Source: Octopus bimaculoides
Taxonomy: Eukaryota
Assembly: GCF_001194135.2 (NCBI RefSeq)
Contig: NC_068998.1
Coordinates: 54,268,401 to 54,332,400 of the forward strand
Length of the DNA: 64,000 nt
Direction of reading: 5' to 3'
Shown: positions 25,049 to 38,670 of the stretch, one piece after another
How positions within the stretch are numbered: the first letter of the stretch is position 1
Layout: the number at the start of each line of letters is the position of its first letter
Notes under the pieces: model-generated
The model's input: only the letters and a program-made list of their open reading frames with translations
The model's database searches: none
Told to the model about the DNA's origin: nothing
Made by a program: the position numbers and the translations under genes

Positions 25049-27104
25049 TGAATAATACTACACGATACTTCAATGTATCAAGTGTTTATATATACTTGAA
25101 GGATTAAGATATTTCATTTTCAATGTGATTCACATTCCACCACCATATCTCTTTTCCATTTAACAAATAAGTTAATTGCATATTTTCAAAAATGGCCAAG
25201 GAAAGAAATCCTTTTGATAGGTTTACAATTAAAACACCAAATAAAATTGGTGTTGTTTACTTTTGTTTAATGGCTCGTCACCTTCTAATTAGGTGCCACA
25301 AGTTCGTTTTCACTAAAGCCTCACCTTCAAAATCTTTCTGAAAGAAATTTGACCTTTCTTATTAAGATTTCAGACATAACAAACATTAATCAGATTAGTA
25401 CAATTCCACACTTTACTACGTGTTTTTAATCCAATGCATTTAGTGCAATTTAAATTGCTTTCCTTAGACAGGACTGAAGATTAATATTTTTGTTGGATAC
25501 CATCGGTTCAGCTAACCCTTACACGTACTCTTTTAGAGGTCCTCCTCCTCCTCCTGCTCCCTTAGAGGGAAGGCAGCATCAGCTTCTGTGAGAGATGGAC
25601 TCAAGATAGAAAGAGATCATCATCATCATCATTTAACATCTGTTTTTCTGTGTAGGCATAGGCTGGACGGTTTGACAGGAGCTGGCACGGCTGGAGAGCC
25701 ACACCTGCCTCCGTAGCCCGTTTTGACCTGGTTTCTCTTGCTGGATGCCTTTCCCAATGCCAACCATTTTACAGAGTTTACTGGTTGCTTTAGACATGGC
25801 ATCAACAACTGAACCATGTAAAGTACTTCTCTTCTTTCAGACGATTCTTCTCACATGCACTGTCTTCATTATTCTCTTTGCCTTTTGTCTTTCTACTTCT
25901 TTCAGTCATCGGATTGTGGCCATACTGGAGTGCCACATTGAAGGATTTCGTTGAAAAAAAAAAAAAAAAATCAACCACTGTACCGTAAATCCTCGAGTAT
26001 AATCCGCATTTTTTTCCCCCAAAAAATTTAAAGGTCAAAATCCCTAATGCGTATTATATACAAGGCTTCTCAAGGTGATACAGTTGACATATTCCTCACT
26101 CACAAATTCTTTCATGTTTTAGCACAAATGTCTTAACCAACTGCTTTTTTTAAACTAGCAAAATGTAAAACTGCCTGCGGCCCTGAGGAGAGAAATACTT
26201 GCTATATTTTAGTATCAGGTGTGAATATGACAGCCCCTGTTGATAAATTGAGACAAAAGGACCTTTTTTTTTTTTTTTTNNNNNNNNNNCCTTTTTTTTT
26301 TTTTTTCTTTAAATAAGAAATATTTTCTTCTCTTTCTGATTAGAAGATAGTTATTCAGCGTTTTGCTAAAAATCCAAATTACCATGGAGTGGCTGGTTGT
26401 TGTTGTTCAGTTAGCTGGCTTGGCTTCGTCATGACTTAGCTAGTTTGGCTGTTCCATCAAGCTGTCGAGAATGTGTGTCAACAAATTGCATGCGAGTTAT
26501 GCGAGCAGGGAAAAGCGGATTGAAGACGATGAGGAATGTAGATAGGTCTCAGGCTTAAATGAAACTGATGTGGGGGGGGGGGATGTTTCAGTTATGTATC
26601 TCTAAAAAAACATTGTACTTTAGATTCTCTGTTTAATGGTTTCTTGTCTATGGTAATCATAATTAGCACTAATTAACGAGTCTCTGTTATGTATATATGC
26701 ATGCTAATACATGCTAAGTATTCATTGGGAGAGAGAGTTTTGTGAGTCTTGAATGATTTTCGGAAGTGGTGGTGAGATTTTGATATTCTCTTTGGTTTCA
26801 GACTCACATCAAATATGTATGCGGTTAAAGGATAGTCTGTTGAAAGCCAACCAATCGGATGATGTTGCAGCCTCTTGTTGGACATGTATAACAGATGTCA
26901 GAATGTTGAAGAGGCTTTCTGCAGGTGGTGGACGACTTAGTAGTGGTAGAGGGTGTAGTGGAAGGAGTGAATGTANNNNNNNNNNGGAACCGTCTCCACA
27001 AAAAAAAAAAAAAAAAAAGCACTGATGGGGAATATTAATGAGGAGGTTTGTTTGTGTTTGATATTGATGAGTTTGAACAGACTAAATTTCAGCTATTTCA
27101 CTGG

Positions 27105-28082
27105 TAGAACTAAATACATACTCGTATGTGTCCATGGAAAACAACATCCATCATGTGTTGTCCGTTTTCATTGATGCATTTCTGAAGGCGTTCTCGGAAG
27201 TTGGCCTCCACTCTCCCCACCATTGCTCTGTTGATTTGGGCAACTTCCACGCACACAGCTTCCTTCAAATCGTCCAATGTATGAGGCTTATGTGCATGCA
27301 GACATGCCTTGAGGTTTCCCCACAAGAAATAATCACGCATGGACAACAGTAAGGACCAATGATGGCAGCACACCAGACCATCGCTTTTGGGCTGTGCAGT
27401 TCTCTCTGATTTTCTAGAGACCAATAATAACAGTTCTATTGATTCACCATTGAGATGAAAACGAGCTTCATCAATCATTAACAAAATGGGGTTTTCATTT
27501 GCCTCCAAAACTGCTTACATCTGACATGTGAAGTTAAGCCGCTGTGCATAGTCTCATGGTTTCAACTGTTGCCCAATGACCAATTTGTATGGATGGAAAT
27601 GCAGGTCTTCATGCAAAATATGCCTTACTGACCGATTACCAATGCCAAGTTCAGTGGAATGCCTCCAAACAGAGCGATTCGGACTCCATATCAAAGCTTG
27701 TCTGATGCATTACACATTTTCTGGAGTTCGTACCATTCGTGGTGCCCCCACCAGTCTCCTGTTCATTAGTGTACCTCATGTATAAAGTGCATTCACCCAA
27801 CATAAGATTGTGTAGTGGGTGGGAACAGCTTGAATTTGGTGAATGTTGAAGTGGCACCGAAACTCATGCTGAACTGCTGTGACAGACTTGTTAGTCTTCA
27901 CATAATTGTCGTTGGCAATCATGTAATGTTCTATTATCCAGACGATGCCTTGGCTTCACCTGAAAAGAAAAACAAAATGCTAAGACATCAAGGACCGAAT
28001 GGTACCTGTCGGACATATGTCCCTTCCCCTGGGGCTGAGTAATAGCCATTTCTAAAAGGTCCGTCCTTTCTGCCTCACCCTG
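27105..28082 (-). mobile_element. Decayed IS630/Tc1/mariner element with internally deleted transposase pseudogene
   Basis: Across frames: WIIEHY..NYVKTNKSVTAVQHEFRCHFNI..AVPTHYTILCWV / PRMVRTPENV..RQALIWSPNRSVWRHSTELGIGNRSVRHILHEDLHFHPYKL / LLMIDEARFHLNG / LHSPK.MVWCA.IIGPY [deletion] LSMRDYFLWGNLK..TLDDLKEAV..RLQKCINENGQH. The right end reads CAGGGTGAGGCAG on - (TIR-like); the left TIR was not found. Motifs resemble the rosa/DD41D-like group. Confidence 0.85.
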
Positions 28083-28304
28083 AAGTTTTGTGGTTTTACC
28101 AATTATAAAAAGCAGAGGATGGAACGTGATGCTGCCTGTTTGGCATCACTCATTCAATGCTGATTTATTTGGTATTAGACATTTTCAAAGTTTCTCTCTT
28201 CGACCTCCTCTGTTTTGTGAGGAAAGGGGAAATATGTCAATCGTATTGGGTTTAAAAACAAAAAACACCCATGGGACAGCCTTTGACTTTTACTCAATAA
28301 TTGT

Positions 28305-28482
28305 AATCTCTCTCTCACTTCTTTTTCTTCCACTCTATCTTTCACTTTCTCCTTCTCTCTCACTCTCTCTCTTCCACTCTGTCTTTCTCTCTCCCACTCT
28401 TTCTTTCTCTCTCTCTCTCTGTCTTTCTCTTTTCCCCTATCTCTCTCTCTATCTATATATATATATATATATATATATACAT

Positions 28483-28517
<35 letters not shown>

Positions 28518-28628
28518 CACACATATATATATATATACACACATATATATATATACACACACATATATATATATATACACACATACATATATATATATAT
28601 ATGTATACACATACATATATATATATAG
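28305..28628. repeat. Compound (CT)n/(TA)n/(CA)n microsatellite
   Basis: Directly visible; source of the spurious IY-rich ORFs. Confidence 0.95.
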
Positions 28629-29245
28629 CTTTATGTATATATTTCTCTGCCTGCATGTATGTGTGCATTTGTCTCCAGTGCCAAACCAGGTTCATTGTCA
28701 AGTCGGCTGTGCCAGATTGCCAGCGACCAAACAACTGTGCCCAGTTGTCTCGTTCTATAAAAGCACACAATCTCATTAGTCTGCACAATGACTAAATTTG
28801 ATGGATTCTCTTCAGATCTGGAGGCCATGAATTACAGAACCCATTGGCCGATGCCGGTCATCTCTGTAGACTTTATCTTAAAGCTGTGTTTCAAAGAAAA
28901 ACAGTCATCTATTTTACACTGCATTCATTGTTGATGTTGCTGTTGTTGATGATGATATAATCAAATTGGAGAGGTATGATGAAACAGAAGCCTGCTTTTT
29001 CCCCCCACCCCATCTTATGGCTATAATCATAGCAAAAATATAAATGTGTACATTTAAGTTTTAAAAATTGGGTCACATATTTGTGACGGTAATGGGGGCA
29101 GAGGAGAGGCAAATACCTCCAGGCAATTTGGCTTTGTTGCTTTCTCTTTTTTAATATCGTTGAAGATACAACAATGTGCAGCACTTTGTACAGGGTCGTT
29201 GCGTCTGCTAGAAATAGTAGCTAAATCTCTTATGAATCACCTTAA

Positions 29246-29456
29246 CCCTTTTGTTACCGTATTTCAGTTGAGAAGCTCTCTGTTTCATTCAATTAATTTA
29301 AAATATAATAAAGAATTTAGTAAAATAACTTCATTATCATTCAGCTAGTGTTAGGAACATAAACTGGGACTAAGGTTTGGGTGGAAGAACTTTTGAAAGC
29401 AAGACATTTGTACTCGAGAGCCAGGGGCGGTTTCATCCGGGTTGGTATCGAAAGTG
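29246..29456. mobile_element. piggyBac-like MITE with TTAA target duplication
   Basis: TTAA (29242-29245)|CCCTTTTGTTACC...GGTATCGAAAGTG|TTAA (29457-29460): imperfect 13-bp TIRs, no ORF. Confidence 0.7.
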
Positions 29457-30923
29457 TTAAAAAGGGATGGAGACATTTGATAATGTGGTCCTACAAAGTG
29501 TCTAAAAACAAATTGAGTCAGAGACTGTTAAACCTTTCATTTATGTAAGTCTGTGCAATCTGTAGCTGAGTTCATGTTATTGTTGAATTATTTTTACAGC
29601 TTTTCTCCCCTCTTCAAGTTTCTATTTTTATTTTTGGATATTTCCGAGATAATTGATTTTTCTACGAGATAGGCTTCACAAACTTCAGCACTCTGTCGAG
29701 ATATAAGGGTGCTGACCCTGTTTCCATTTAAAGCAAGCTGAAACAAGACAGGTTGTTGTCCATTGCCTAATAGCACAACACACAAGGGGAGATGACGACG
29801 ACAAGGATGATTGTAATAATAAGATTTTACTGCTTAATCATGTGATCTGCTATCTAATAGCCTGACCTTGTGGCTATTATATCTTTTGAAACTGCTATAA
29901 TTTATAAATAAATACTTCAAGCAGACCAGATATCTTTTTAACCTATTATTTCATTATCAAAAAACGTGCATAAAACTGAATGTTTTAGTTAAGTCAATAT
30001 TTAGCGAAAATGTTCTTTGAATTTGCAGTCAACCCAAGGAACTCATTGGGAAGTTGTTTTGCTCTGGTTTTGTTGTTATTGTTTAACTCAGGATTAGCTC
30101 TGATTAAGCCAGCCTTGAATTAATCCTTTTCTTACCATTTTCCTATTGGAATACACTGCCTTTGTTTCAATTAATTTCAATGGCCTCACTAATGCTGATG
30201 GCAGGAAAAAGGCACCCAGTATATACTGTAAAGTGGTTGGCATTAGGAAGGGCATCCAACCATAGAAAGCATACCAAAGCAGACAGTGGGGCATGACCCC
30301 TTGGATTCTGTCAAACCACCCGTCTCATACCAGCATGGATAAATAGTTCAATATTCAATGAAGTCATTAGTGCATAATTTCCTTTTCAATGGAATTTATT
30401 TTCTTCTGAATGTGGTTTCAAAAAATTCTTTAAAATATTTGATTTATGGTTTTTCAAAATGGTTTCTTCATTGAAACTCAGAACAAATGATCAGCTGAGA
30501 TTTCGGAAGCCTTCACCTTCCAAATCCCGTTGCTGTTTCTCATAATTTACTTTGACAATGATGTATTGGATGATGGAATGGCAGAGTATTGGGACAAAAT
30601 GCATTACAGGTACCAAACCTCTTATTCACAATCCAGAAATCCAGCTGTCTTTGAATTTCGTGGGCTGTAGTAGTTCACCGCACAACCACTTTGTATTGGT
30701 TTCCAGGGCACATGCGTCACACAATGCCAGATCAAACAGACCCTGCTTTAGAAATGTATTAATTTGTATATGTTATACAATTTTGTTCTTTATTTTGCGT
30801 TGTTTATTTTGTATTTTCGGTACGTATTCGGCGGCCTGTGTCCAGGAATCACAAAACACGATTTGCATTCATCCTGTCTCCTGCTCTGACCTAAACTGTT
30901 TTTTCCCCCTCTTTTGTTTCCAG

Positions 30924-31160
30924 TTTCTATTGGACGAAACCAACCCCTGAAACCAGAGAAACCTAAATGGAAAAGTGATGTTCCATTGACTGAAGGACAG
31001 CTCAGAAGTAAAAGAGATGAATTCTGGGACACAGCCCCTGCATTTGAAGGCAGAAAAGAGATCTGGGATGCACTTAAAGCTGCTGCGTATGCTCTGGAAA
31101 CCGGAGACCATTCACTAGCTCAAGCCATCGTTGATGGAGCCAATATATCATTACCAAATG
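30924..31160 (+). CDS. UBTD2: Ubiquitin domain-containing protein UBTD1/2 family, internal coding exon (237 nt, phase 1-1)
   Basis: [79 protein letters not shown](G) is the UBTD/DC-UbP N-terminal ubiquitin-binding domain. Acceptor ttttgtttccag| and donor |gtaagt. The symbol stands for the UBTD1/UBTD2 co-ortholog. Confidence 0.95.
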
Positions 31161-31240
31161 GTAAGTTTATTCCATAACTTTACCCTGATTGAGTTTAATG
31201 AACCAGGGATTTCACCATGTAGCTACTTCTTAATGACTCT

Positions 31241-31276
<36 letters not shown>

Positions 31277-31914
31277 GGTTCTGTTTCCTCATCCTCTCCT
31301 ATCTGCTAGGAACAAGATAACCCACTGGTGCTACAGAATGAATGGAAAGATATGTAGATCATTTAGTTCATTCTTAGTTTTTTATGGGGAGTATTGAGAC
31401 TATGGTGGGGAGGAAGGGCATAAAAACTGCCATACTTAATAGAATTAGCACATTTGAGGGCATACAAGATGCACTTGTTTTCCAAAAAAACGATGTCTCT
31501 GAAGATCACCCCTGAGTCTATATGTGAATTCAGAGTGGTTGATGGACAAATGGAGACAAAATGGGGGTGGGGATTAGAGATGAGAGGAAAGGCATCCAGC
31601 TGTAAAAAAGTGAACCTTTAAAAAGAATGGAATGTGCATACAAGACATGGTCCTCAGGTTTTTTTTGTTTTTTTTGTACATAAGGAGAGCAGTGTGACAG
31701 CAATTGAGATGCAACTCTTTCCATGATGCCCTGTCTAGCCCATTGCTAGCTTGGAAAAGCAAAAGTCATCATCATCATCGTGGTGATGGTGGTGGTGTAG
31801 AAGTCCGTTATTGATTTCTTATGATTTGGCATAAAACATTTTTTCCTGTAAAAGAAAGGACCAATTTGATCAAAGCAAAAGAGGGATTCCTTATTTTATC
31901 AATACCCAGGGACA

Positions 31915-32065
31915 AATGTCAAATGGAATCTGCAGTCAGAACATTAACAATTAGCTGTAATTCAAAGGGGCCAGCCTTGTCATATTTTGTGTAAGGCTGA
32001 ATCTCCCTGAGAACTACGTTAATGGTATGCATGTCTGTGGAGTACTCAGCCACTTGCAAGTTAAA
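31915..32065 (+). mobile_element. Partial SINE central domain, same family as 52680-52992
   Basis: ccagccttgtcatatttt..ctgaatctccctgagaactacgttaatggtatgcatgtctgtggagtactcagccacttgca is the reverse complement of the domain at 52740-52860. Confidence 0.65.
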
Positions 32066-35000
32066 TTTTATCCTCGTGTGGTAATGAAAAGTGAAAGTGA
32101 CATCCAATATGTGCTGTGTCTTTATATCTCTGTATCAATTTTTCTTTGGATCTATGTATCTATTGTCTCTCTTTCTCTGTGTTCCTCCTCTCTCTCACTT
32201 TTAATTTAACAATGTGTGTATTTATATATCAACTTTTCTTTCAATCTATGTATCTACTTTTTTTGTGGTGTGATAAGCATTTAAAAACACAAAACGAACA
32301 TTGTCCCTTTCACTCTCTCTGTTTCCATCTGAATCCATTCAGCAGTTGTTGAGATATCTCATCCACAGACAAACAAACCAACACAACTGAAAACAATACC
32401 TCTGCCTTAGTGAAGGTGGAGGTAATAATGGTTTCAAATTTTGGCTTAGGGCTAGTAGTTTTTGAAGGGAGAAGGAAGTTGATTACATCAACTCCAGTAC
32501 TTACTCAACTGGTGCTTAATTTATCGACCCCATAAGGATGAAAAGCAAAGTCAACCTTGGCAGAATTTGAACTCAAAACATAAAGACAGACTAAATGCCA
32601 CTAAGCATTTCACCCAGCATGCTAACGATTCTGCCAGCTTACCACCTTAATAATAATAATAATGCTTATTCACCTCCTAGCTGGATATATGAAGTCCCAG
32701 TAATATTGATTTATTTTCACAATTGGGAGTGCAATCATGCAACCAACAAACATTTACTTTGTGAAAATGTCCAGAATATAATATATTTCTGTATTCGAAT
32801 ACATTTCAGCTGTGTTCATAACTAACACAATCATTAAGGTGGTAATTTTTCAGACTATTAACCTCATCTTTACAGTGTTTATCTACAATATTTACCTTAA
32901 CTCCATGTTTCACCTGGTTTCGTCTGTAACTGTTCTTCCTTCCAATATATATTTACATTATCTTCTGACTGGATTCAAACTAGTTTCAATTGAGATTCAG
33001 CCAATCAAAACACTATTTATTGTAAATATACACTAAAAAGAGAAGTTGTTTGCAAATTACCATTCTAATAACAATATCGCATTGCAGTATTTTACGCATT
33101 TATAGTCTCTCTTATGATTTTGAATATATTTTCAGCCAGTCACTCGTCATGGACTGACTACTTGTTCACACATGCAAACAAGTCTCTGCTACTTTTCCTG
33201 GGCTAAATTTTTTATTACTCACATTATGTTGCATCATTTTATCATCCGTTTCCCCGTGCTTGTATCGGTTAAACTGAATTTGTTAAGGCAGGTTTCCTAT
33301 GGCTGGATGCTCATCCTGTTTCTAAGTAAGGCAATATTTCCCTGTTGGCCAGACATGCTTTCACAGAAGATTAAAAACAAAAGACACTTCTCTGTTATTG
33401 TGATACTCTCTCGCACACACCCACATGTGTATGACTGTGCAATTTCCATTTCCTTTAACTTTTTTCAAGTTTTATTTTACCCCCACCCACCTCCTGGCTT
33501 TCGTTTCTTTTCTCACACAATCTTAATTGATGTTTGTCTGGAGTTGAAACTATTTTTGTATCTTTGTGTCTCCTTGTTTGTCAATTGTGTTGACAAACCA
33601 CTTTTTATATCAACTTCATAGTTGAGAATTAAAGTAAAGGACACTCACGCAGCTCATTCGTTGAGCTGCGTAGGCATGACTGTGCAATTAAGGAGTTCAT
33701 TTCCAAATCACCTGGTTTCAGGTTCAGTCCCACTGCATGGCCAGTGAACCCCAGATTCACCAAATCCTTGTCAGTGAATTTGGCAGGCAGAAACTCAAAG
33801 AAGCCTATTTTGTGTGTGTGTATTTATGTCTCCTTGTAAAAAATGATTATTTTTGATGCATTCAATTTGCAGTGGTTGTGGTGGTCATGGTCGTCGTCAT
33901 CGTCCAAAGTTCCATTGAAAGGTTCTATTTTGAATGACATAGCATAACAGCTATTCTTAGCTTAGAATTCCATGNNNNNNNNNNNNNNNNNNNNNNNNNN
34001 NNNNNNNNNNNNNNNNNNNNNNNNNNNNNNNNNNNNNNNNNNNNNNNNNNNNNNNNNNNNNNNNNNNNNNNNNNNNNNNNNNNNNNNNNNNNNNNNNNNN
34101 NNNNNNNNNNNNNNNNNNNNNNNNNNNNNNNNNNNNNNNNNNNNNNNNNNNNNNNNNNNNNNNNNNNNNNNNNNNNNNNNNNNNNNNNNNNNNNNNNNNN
34201 NNNNNNNNNNNNNNNNNNNNNNNNNNNNNNNNNNNNNNNNNNNNNNNNNNNNNNNNNNNNNNNNNNNNNNNNNNNNNNNNNNNNNNNNNNNNNNNNNNNN
34301 NNNNNNNNNNNNNNNNNNNNNNNNNNNNNNNNNNNNNNNNNNNNNNNNNNNNNNNNNNNNNNNNNNNNNNNNNNNNNNNNNNNNNNNNNNNNNNNNNNNN
34401 NNNNNNNNNNNNNNNNNNNNNNNNNNNNNNNNNNNNNNNNNNNNNNNNNNNNNNNNNNNNNNNNNNNNNNNNNNNNNNNNNNNNNNNNNNNNNNNNNNNN
34501 NNNNNNNNNNNNNNNNNNNNNNNNNNNNNNNNNNNNNNNNNNNNNNNNNNNNNNNNNNNNNNNNNNNNNNNNNNNNNNNNNNNNNNNNNNNNNNNNGTTG
34601 TGGTGGTCATGGTCGTCGTCATCGTCCAAAGTTCCATTGAAAGGTTCTATTTTGAATGACATAGCATAACAGCTATTCTTAGCTTAGAATTCCATGTTTA
34701 TCCAACTTCCTTTCAGGTGTCAAACATAACTTGCCCTCTGGTTTCTGTTTGCTATTACCCGCATTTCAATAGATTACAGTGTAGATGCGACAGCAGAATG
34801 AAGATCTTATAAATAGTTATAAAATCTTATAACCAAACACATACACATAGAAAAGTGGAAGTCAAAAAGACGATGGTTGTTTTTGAATTTCATTAAAACC
34901 CTGCATGGTTTATGGCATTTATTAATGAATGAACAGAAATTCTCCTTACATGCTAAAAAGGGCAAGAAAATGCATAAAATATTACCCCAAGCAGTTTGTT

Positions 35001-35239
35001 TAGAGCATCTTAACCGGTTGGTGTGTGTGTGTTCTCCTTTGTGCAGAAGAAAGAATGAGAGGAGGTTGTGGATTTAGAAAAGTAATTAGGTCAAGAGACT
35101 GCCAAGTGGAAAGTCAGTTCCAGACATAATGCTAACTATTCACTGCTGTCTAAAACATGCAAAGCTCACTTTCATATAGAATGTTGCAGCTCTGTCTGTC
35201 TGTATGTAAGTATATATATATATATATATNNNNNNNNNN

Positions 35240-35281
<42 letters not shown>

Positions 35282-37401
35282 AAATGTCTGTGTTTGGAAA
35301 ACAGGAAATAGAGATGAAGTAACATCCAACAATTGCAGGACTGAGGCTGCTTGAAGGAATTCTGGATTTTACCATTCATGGGATCTATTTTATGGTTGTT
35401 GTTGTTTAGCCCCAGGTCTTCCCTAATCAAGTGGGCCTATGTTCTGAGGTATTGCAGACATGACCATCATGTCTGTCTTTAAAATAGGGGTGTATTTATG
35501 ATTGTATAATTATCCAAAGTGTCCCGCTTTTTTTTAAGATGGTAGGGTGTGTTTTGAGGGAAATTTTCAAGTGGTTTGAGCAACTGCCTAGAAGCCATGT
35601 AGTTATTAATACACTCGACAAGAGGAGCTGTCAGCCAGGAAGTTATCCAGGCTAAACAAGCTTCTGTGACAGCTTTGCTTTACAATAATAATAATAATAA
35701 TAAAATTTTAAAAATTATCATACAATGATGTACCATAATACTAGCTATGGCACCAAAAATTTGGAGAGACAAACTGTTTGAGATAAAGATTACCCAGGCA
35801 TCAGGAGGCAGAGAACCATGGCTAAGGTGTCTGTATATTGTGTGTCATCATTGTTTAACATCCACCTTCCATGCTGGCATGGGTTGGACAGTTTGACAGG
35901 AGCCAGCCAGGTAGAAGACTACACCAGGTTACTGCGTCTAAAATTCTTCTTCCGGTTTCTGCTGCCTCTTGTTATTATGGGTCTTATATCAGTTGAAGAT
36001 TTCAATAGAGTTAATGGCCCCGTTTAATAAATATTCCAGCAAGTTTGTCTGAATATTTAATAGTTGGCTTAGATTTATATTACACTTTGAGCAGCTGAAG
36101 TTTCTTACTTGCCATGGCAGCTCAGGAGATATTTCTCTGTAATACTTCCAACCTGTGTGATCTTAGTTCCTTTCAAATTATTCTAAAAAGCAGAAAGGTT
36201 TTAAGTGAGAATATCCTGTTTCAATCCCAAAACCAAGATGCTTACCTGAATGTAACTCTCATTGTGCACATATATATTGTTCATGAGGGAAGAAGGTCTG
36301 TAAGCTGATGGAAAGCAGACGCATGTATACGCATTCTCTCAAAAGCCAACAGAGCTAATCAACACAGCATTGCTCAAGAAATACGGAGACACACACTGAC
36401 AAAAGCATGATGCCTTTTAGAGAAATATTTATGAGCCGAGTAGAGATTTAATGAATATTTAATGGGAACCTTTGAAGGAGAGAGTCTGTTTCTTTGATAC
36501 TTGTAGTTGTACATGGAAAACTTTGCCTTAGATATTCTTTTGACAAAAGTTACACAGAAGAAGTGGGCGTAGAATAAAACAAATTTCTCTCGCAATTGCA
36601 TTTACTGGAATTTCAGCCACCTTATTGACTGAAGGTAGAGTAGTATGTTTGATTTCAAGTCATCATCATCATCATCATTTAACATCCATTTTCCATGTTG
36701 GCATAGGTTGAATGGTTTGATGGGAGCTGGCAAACCAGAGGATTGCACCAGGCTCCAATTGTTTGTTTTGGCAGGGTTTTTACAGCTGGATGCCCTTCCT
36801 AACGCCAACCACTTTACAGTGTGCTAGGTGCTTTTTCCATGACACATCCCCCCATAACTTAGCAGTTCCATAAGAGACGAATACAATAAGTCCTAGGGTC
36901 AATTTATTCAGCCAAAATCTTCGAGGTGATGCACCAGCATGGCCACACTCCAAAGACTGAAACAAGTAAAACGTTATCCTTTTGGGGGTGAAGGGGTTCA
37001 AGAGAGTAGGGTGCCATTTGAGTGGGATTTGATTGCTATTTCTAGCAAGTGGAGTGTGACAGTTTTTAGTTGTTTAATAATTTCATCAAAAAACTCAACT
37101 TTTTGTTGTTGTTGTTGTTGTTAGTCTTCCCAAGAAATCTCCTAGATTGTGACTGAACCTACTTAGAATCACATGGACATGTCTTAAGAATTAACTGACC
37201 ATCTACTTCATTTAATAGGTCTTCTCAGTCTAAGCTGACCACGTCCATTCAGGACCAGCAGCAACAACAACAAGGTAGTGTTTGTGGACCAGAAATAACT
37301 GCTGCTGTGTAACCTCAATACAAATCTATTATCATCAACTAATAACTAATCAATACCCTTGGTTTACAATTGCTAATCTCAATGTGTTTGCTCTATTTTA
37401 G

Positions 37402-37799
37402 GTACTTTAATGGACTGCTACGATGAACTAGGCAATCGATATCAACTTCCTGTGTATGTGTTAAGTGCCCCGACCAATTTAATTGAGGAAGTCAGTGACA
37501 GTGATACAATACAAGATGCAGACTCGGCGTCCCCTGGTCTGGAACTACCAATCAAATTCCGTCTTTCACACACTAATAAAGACTTAAAGTTGTACGTTCG
37601 AACAACGGACACTGTATGGAAAGTTAAGAAAAGAATATTCGAAGAAGAAGGCATAGATCCTTCTCGTCAGCGATGGTTTTTCTCTGGTCGACTCCTTAGT
37701 GATAAAATGAAAATTGAAGACACAAAAATTTCCAAAGGATTTGTAGTACAAGTCATTGTATCGCCATCTCCATGTAATCCAGCTGGTGACCATGCTTAA
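37402..37799 (+). CDS. UBTD2: UBTD1/2-family terminal coding exon (398 nt) with ubiquitin-like domain
   Basis: (G)[100 protein letters not shown]. Acceptor ctctattttag| and phase matches the previous exon. Confidence 0.95.
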
Positions 37800-38171
37800 C
37801 AGGAGTATCATTAGTAAAATGAAAAATTATTGCTTTTATGGAATACGGCTGATGAAATACCGCCATGGAAAGAAAGAAAAAAAAAAGAAACAAAAGAACA
37901 TGAATGAATGATTGCCTGCCTGTGCATGTATGCATGAATGTTTGCTTATGTGCATGCATGTATGACTGTATGCGTGGCTCTGTGTGTGTGTGTGATTCAG
38001 AATGTTAACTGACAAAGCGAGAATGGAGAAAGGAAGAGAGAAAAAAAAAATATTGTTTTGAAACCTATTTAAACTAAAGAAAACTTCATGTCTATACATT
38101 CCATTTCTATAATGGAATGCTGTACAGATAAGAATAAAGGTATACTTGTAAAGGAAAGCATTTTATAACTA

Positions 38172-38380
38172 TACATATGTGTGTATGTATATATATATAT
38201 ATATTCACACACATATATATATATATATATATTCATACATGTGTGTGTGTATATATATGTATATATATGCATATGTATACAAATATATACATATGTATAC
38301 ATATATAGACATATACATATATATATATATATATGTATACATATATAGATATATATATATATATTTGTATACATATATAG

Positions 38381-38411
<31 letters not shown>

Positions 38412-38503
38412 AATAGATACATATATATATATACATATATATGTATATATATATATATACATATATATATATAAATAGATACATATATATATACATATAT
38501 ATG

Positions 38504-38539
<36 letters not shown>

Positions 38540-38635
38540 CACATATATCTACATATATATAATATGTATAATCTATATAATATGTGTGTGTATTCTATAT
38601 ATGTTTATTATTTGTATATTATATGTTTATTATCT

Positions 38636-38669
<34 letters not shown>

Positions 38670-38670
38670 T
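38172..38670. repeat. Long compound (TA)n microsatellite downstream of the UBTD stop
   Basis: Directly visible; includes an approximately 60-bp higher-order duplication at 38401-38520. Confidence 0.95.

Noticed and set aside
28090-28795. IY/VC-rich ORFs at 28.1-28.8 kb, 35.1-35.4 kb and 38.1-39.1 kb
   Set aside because: Translations of (TA)n/(CA)n microsatellites.
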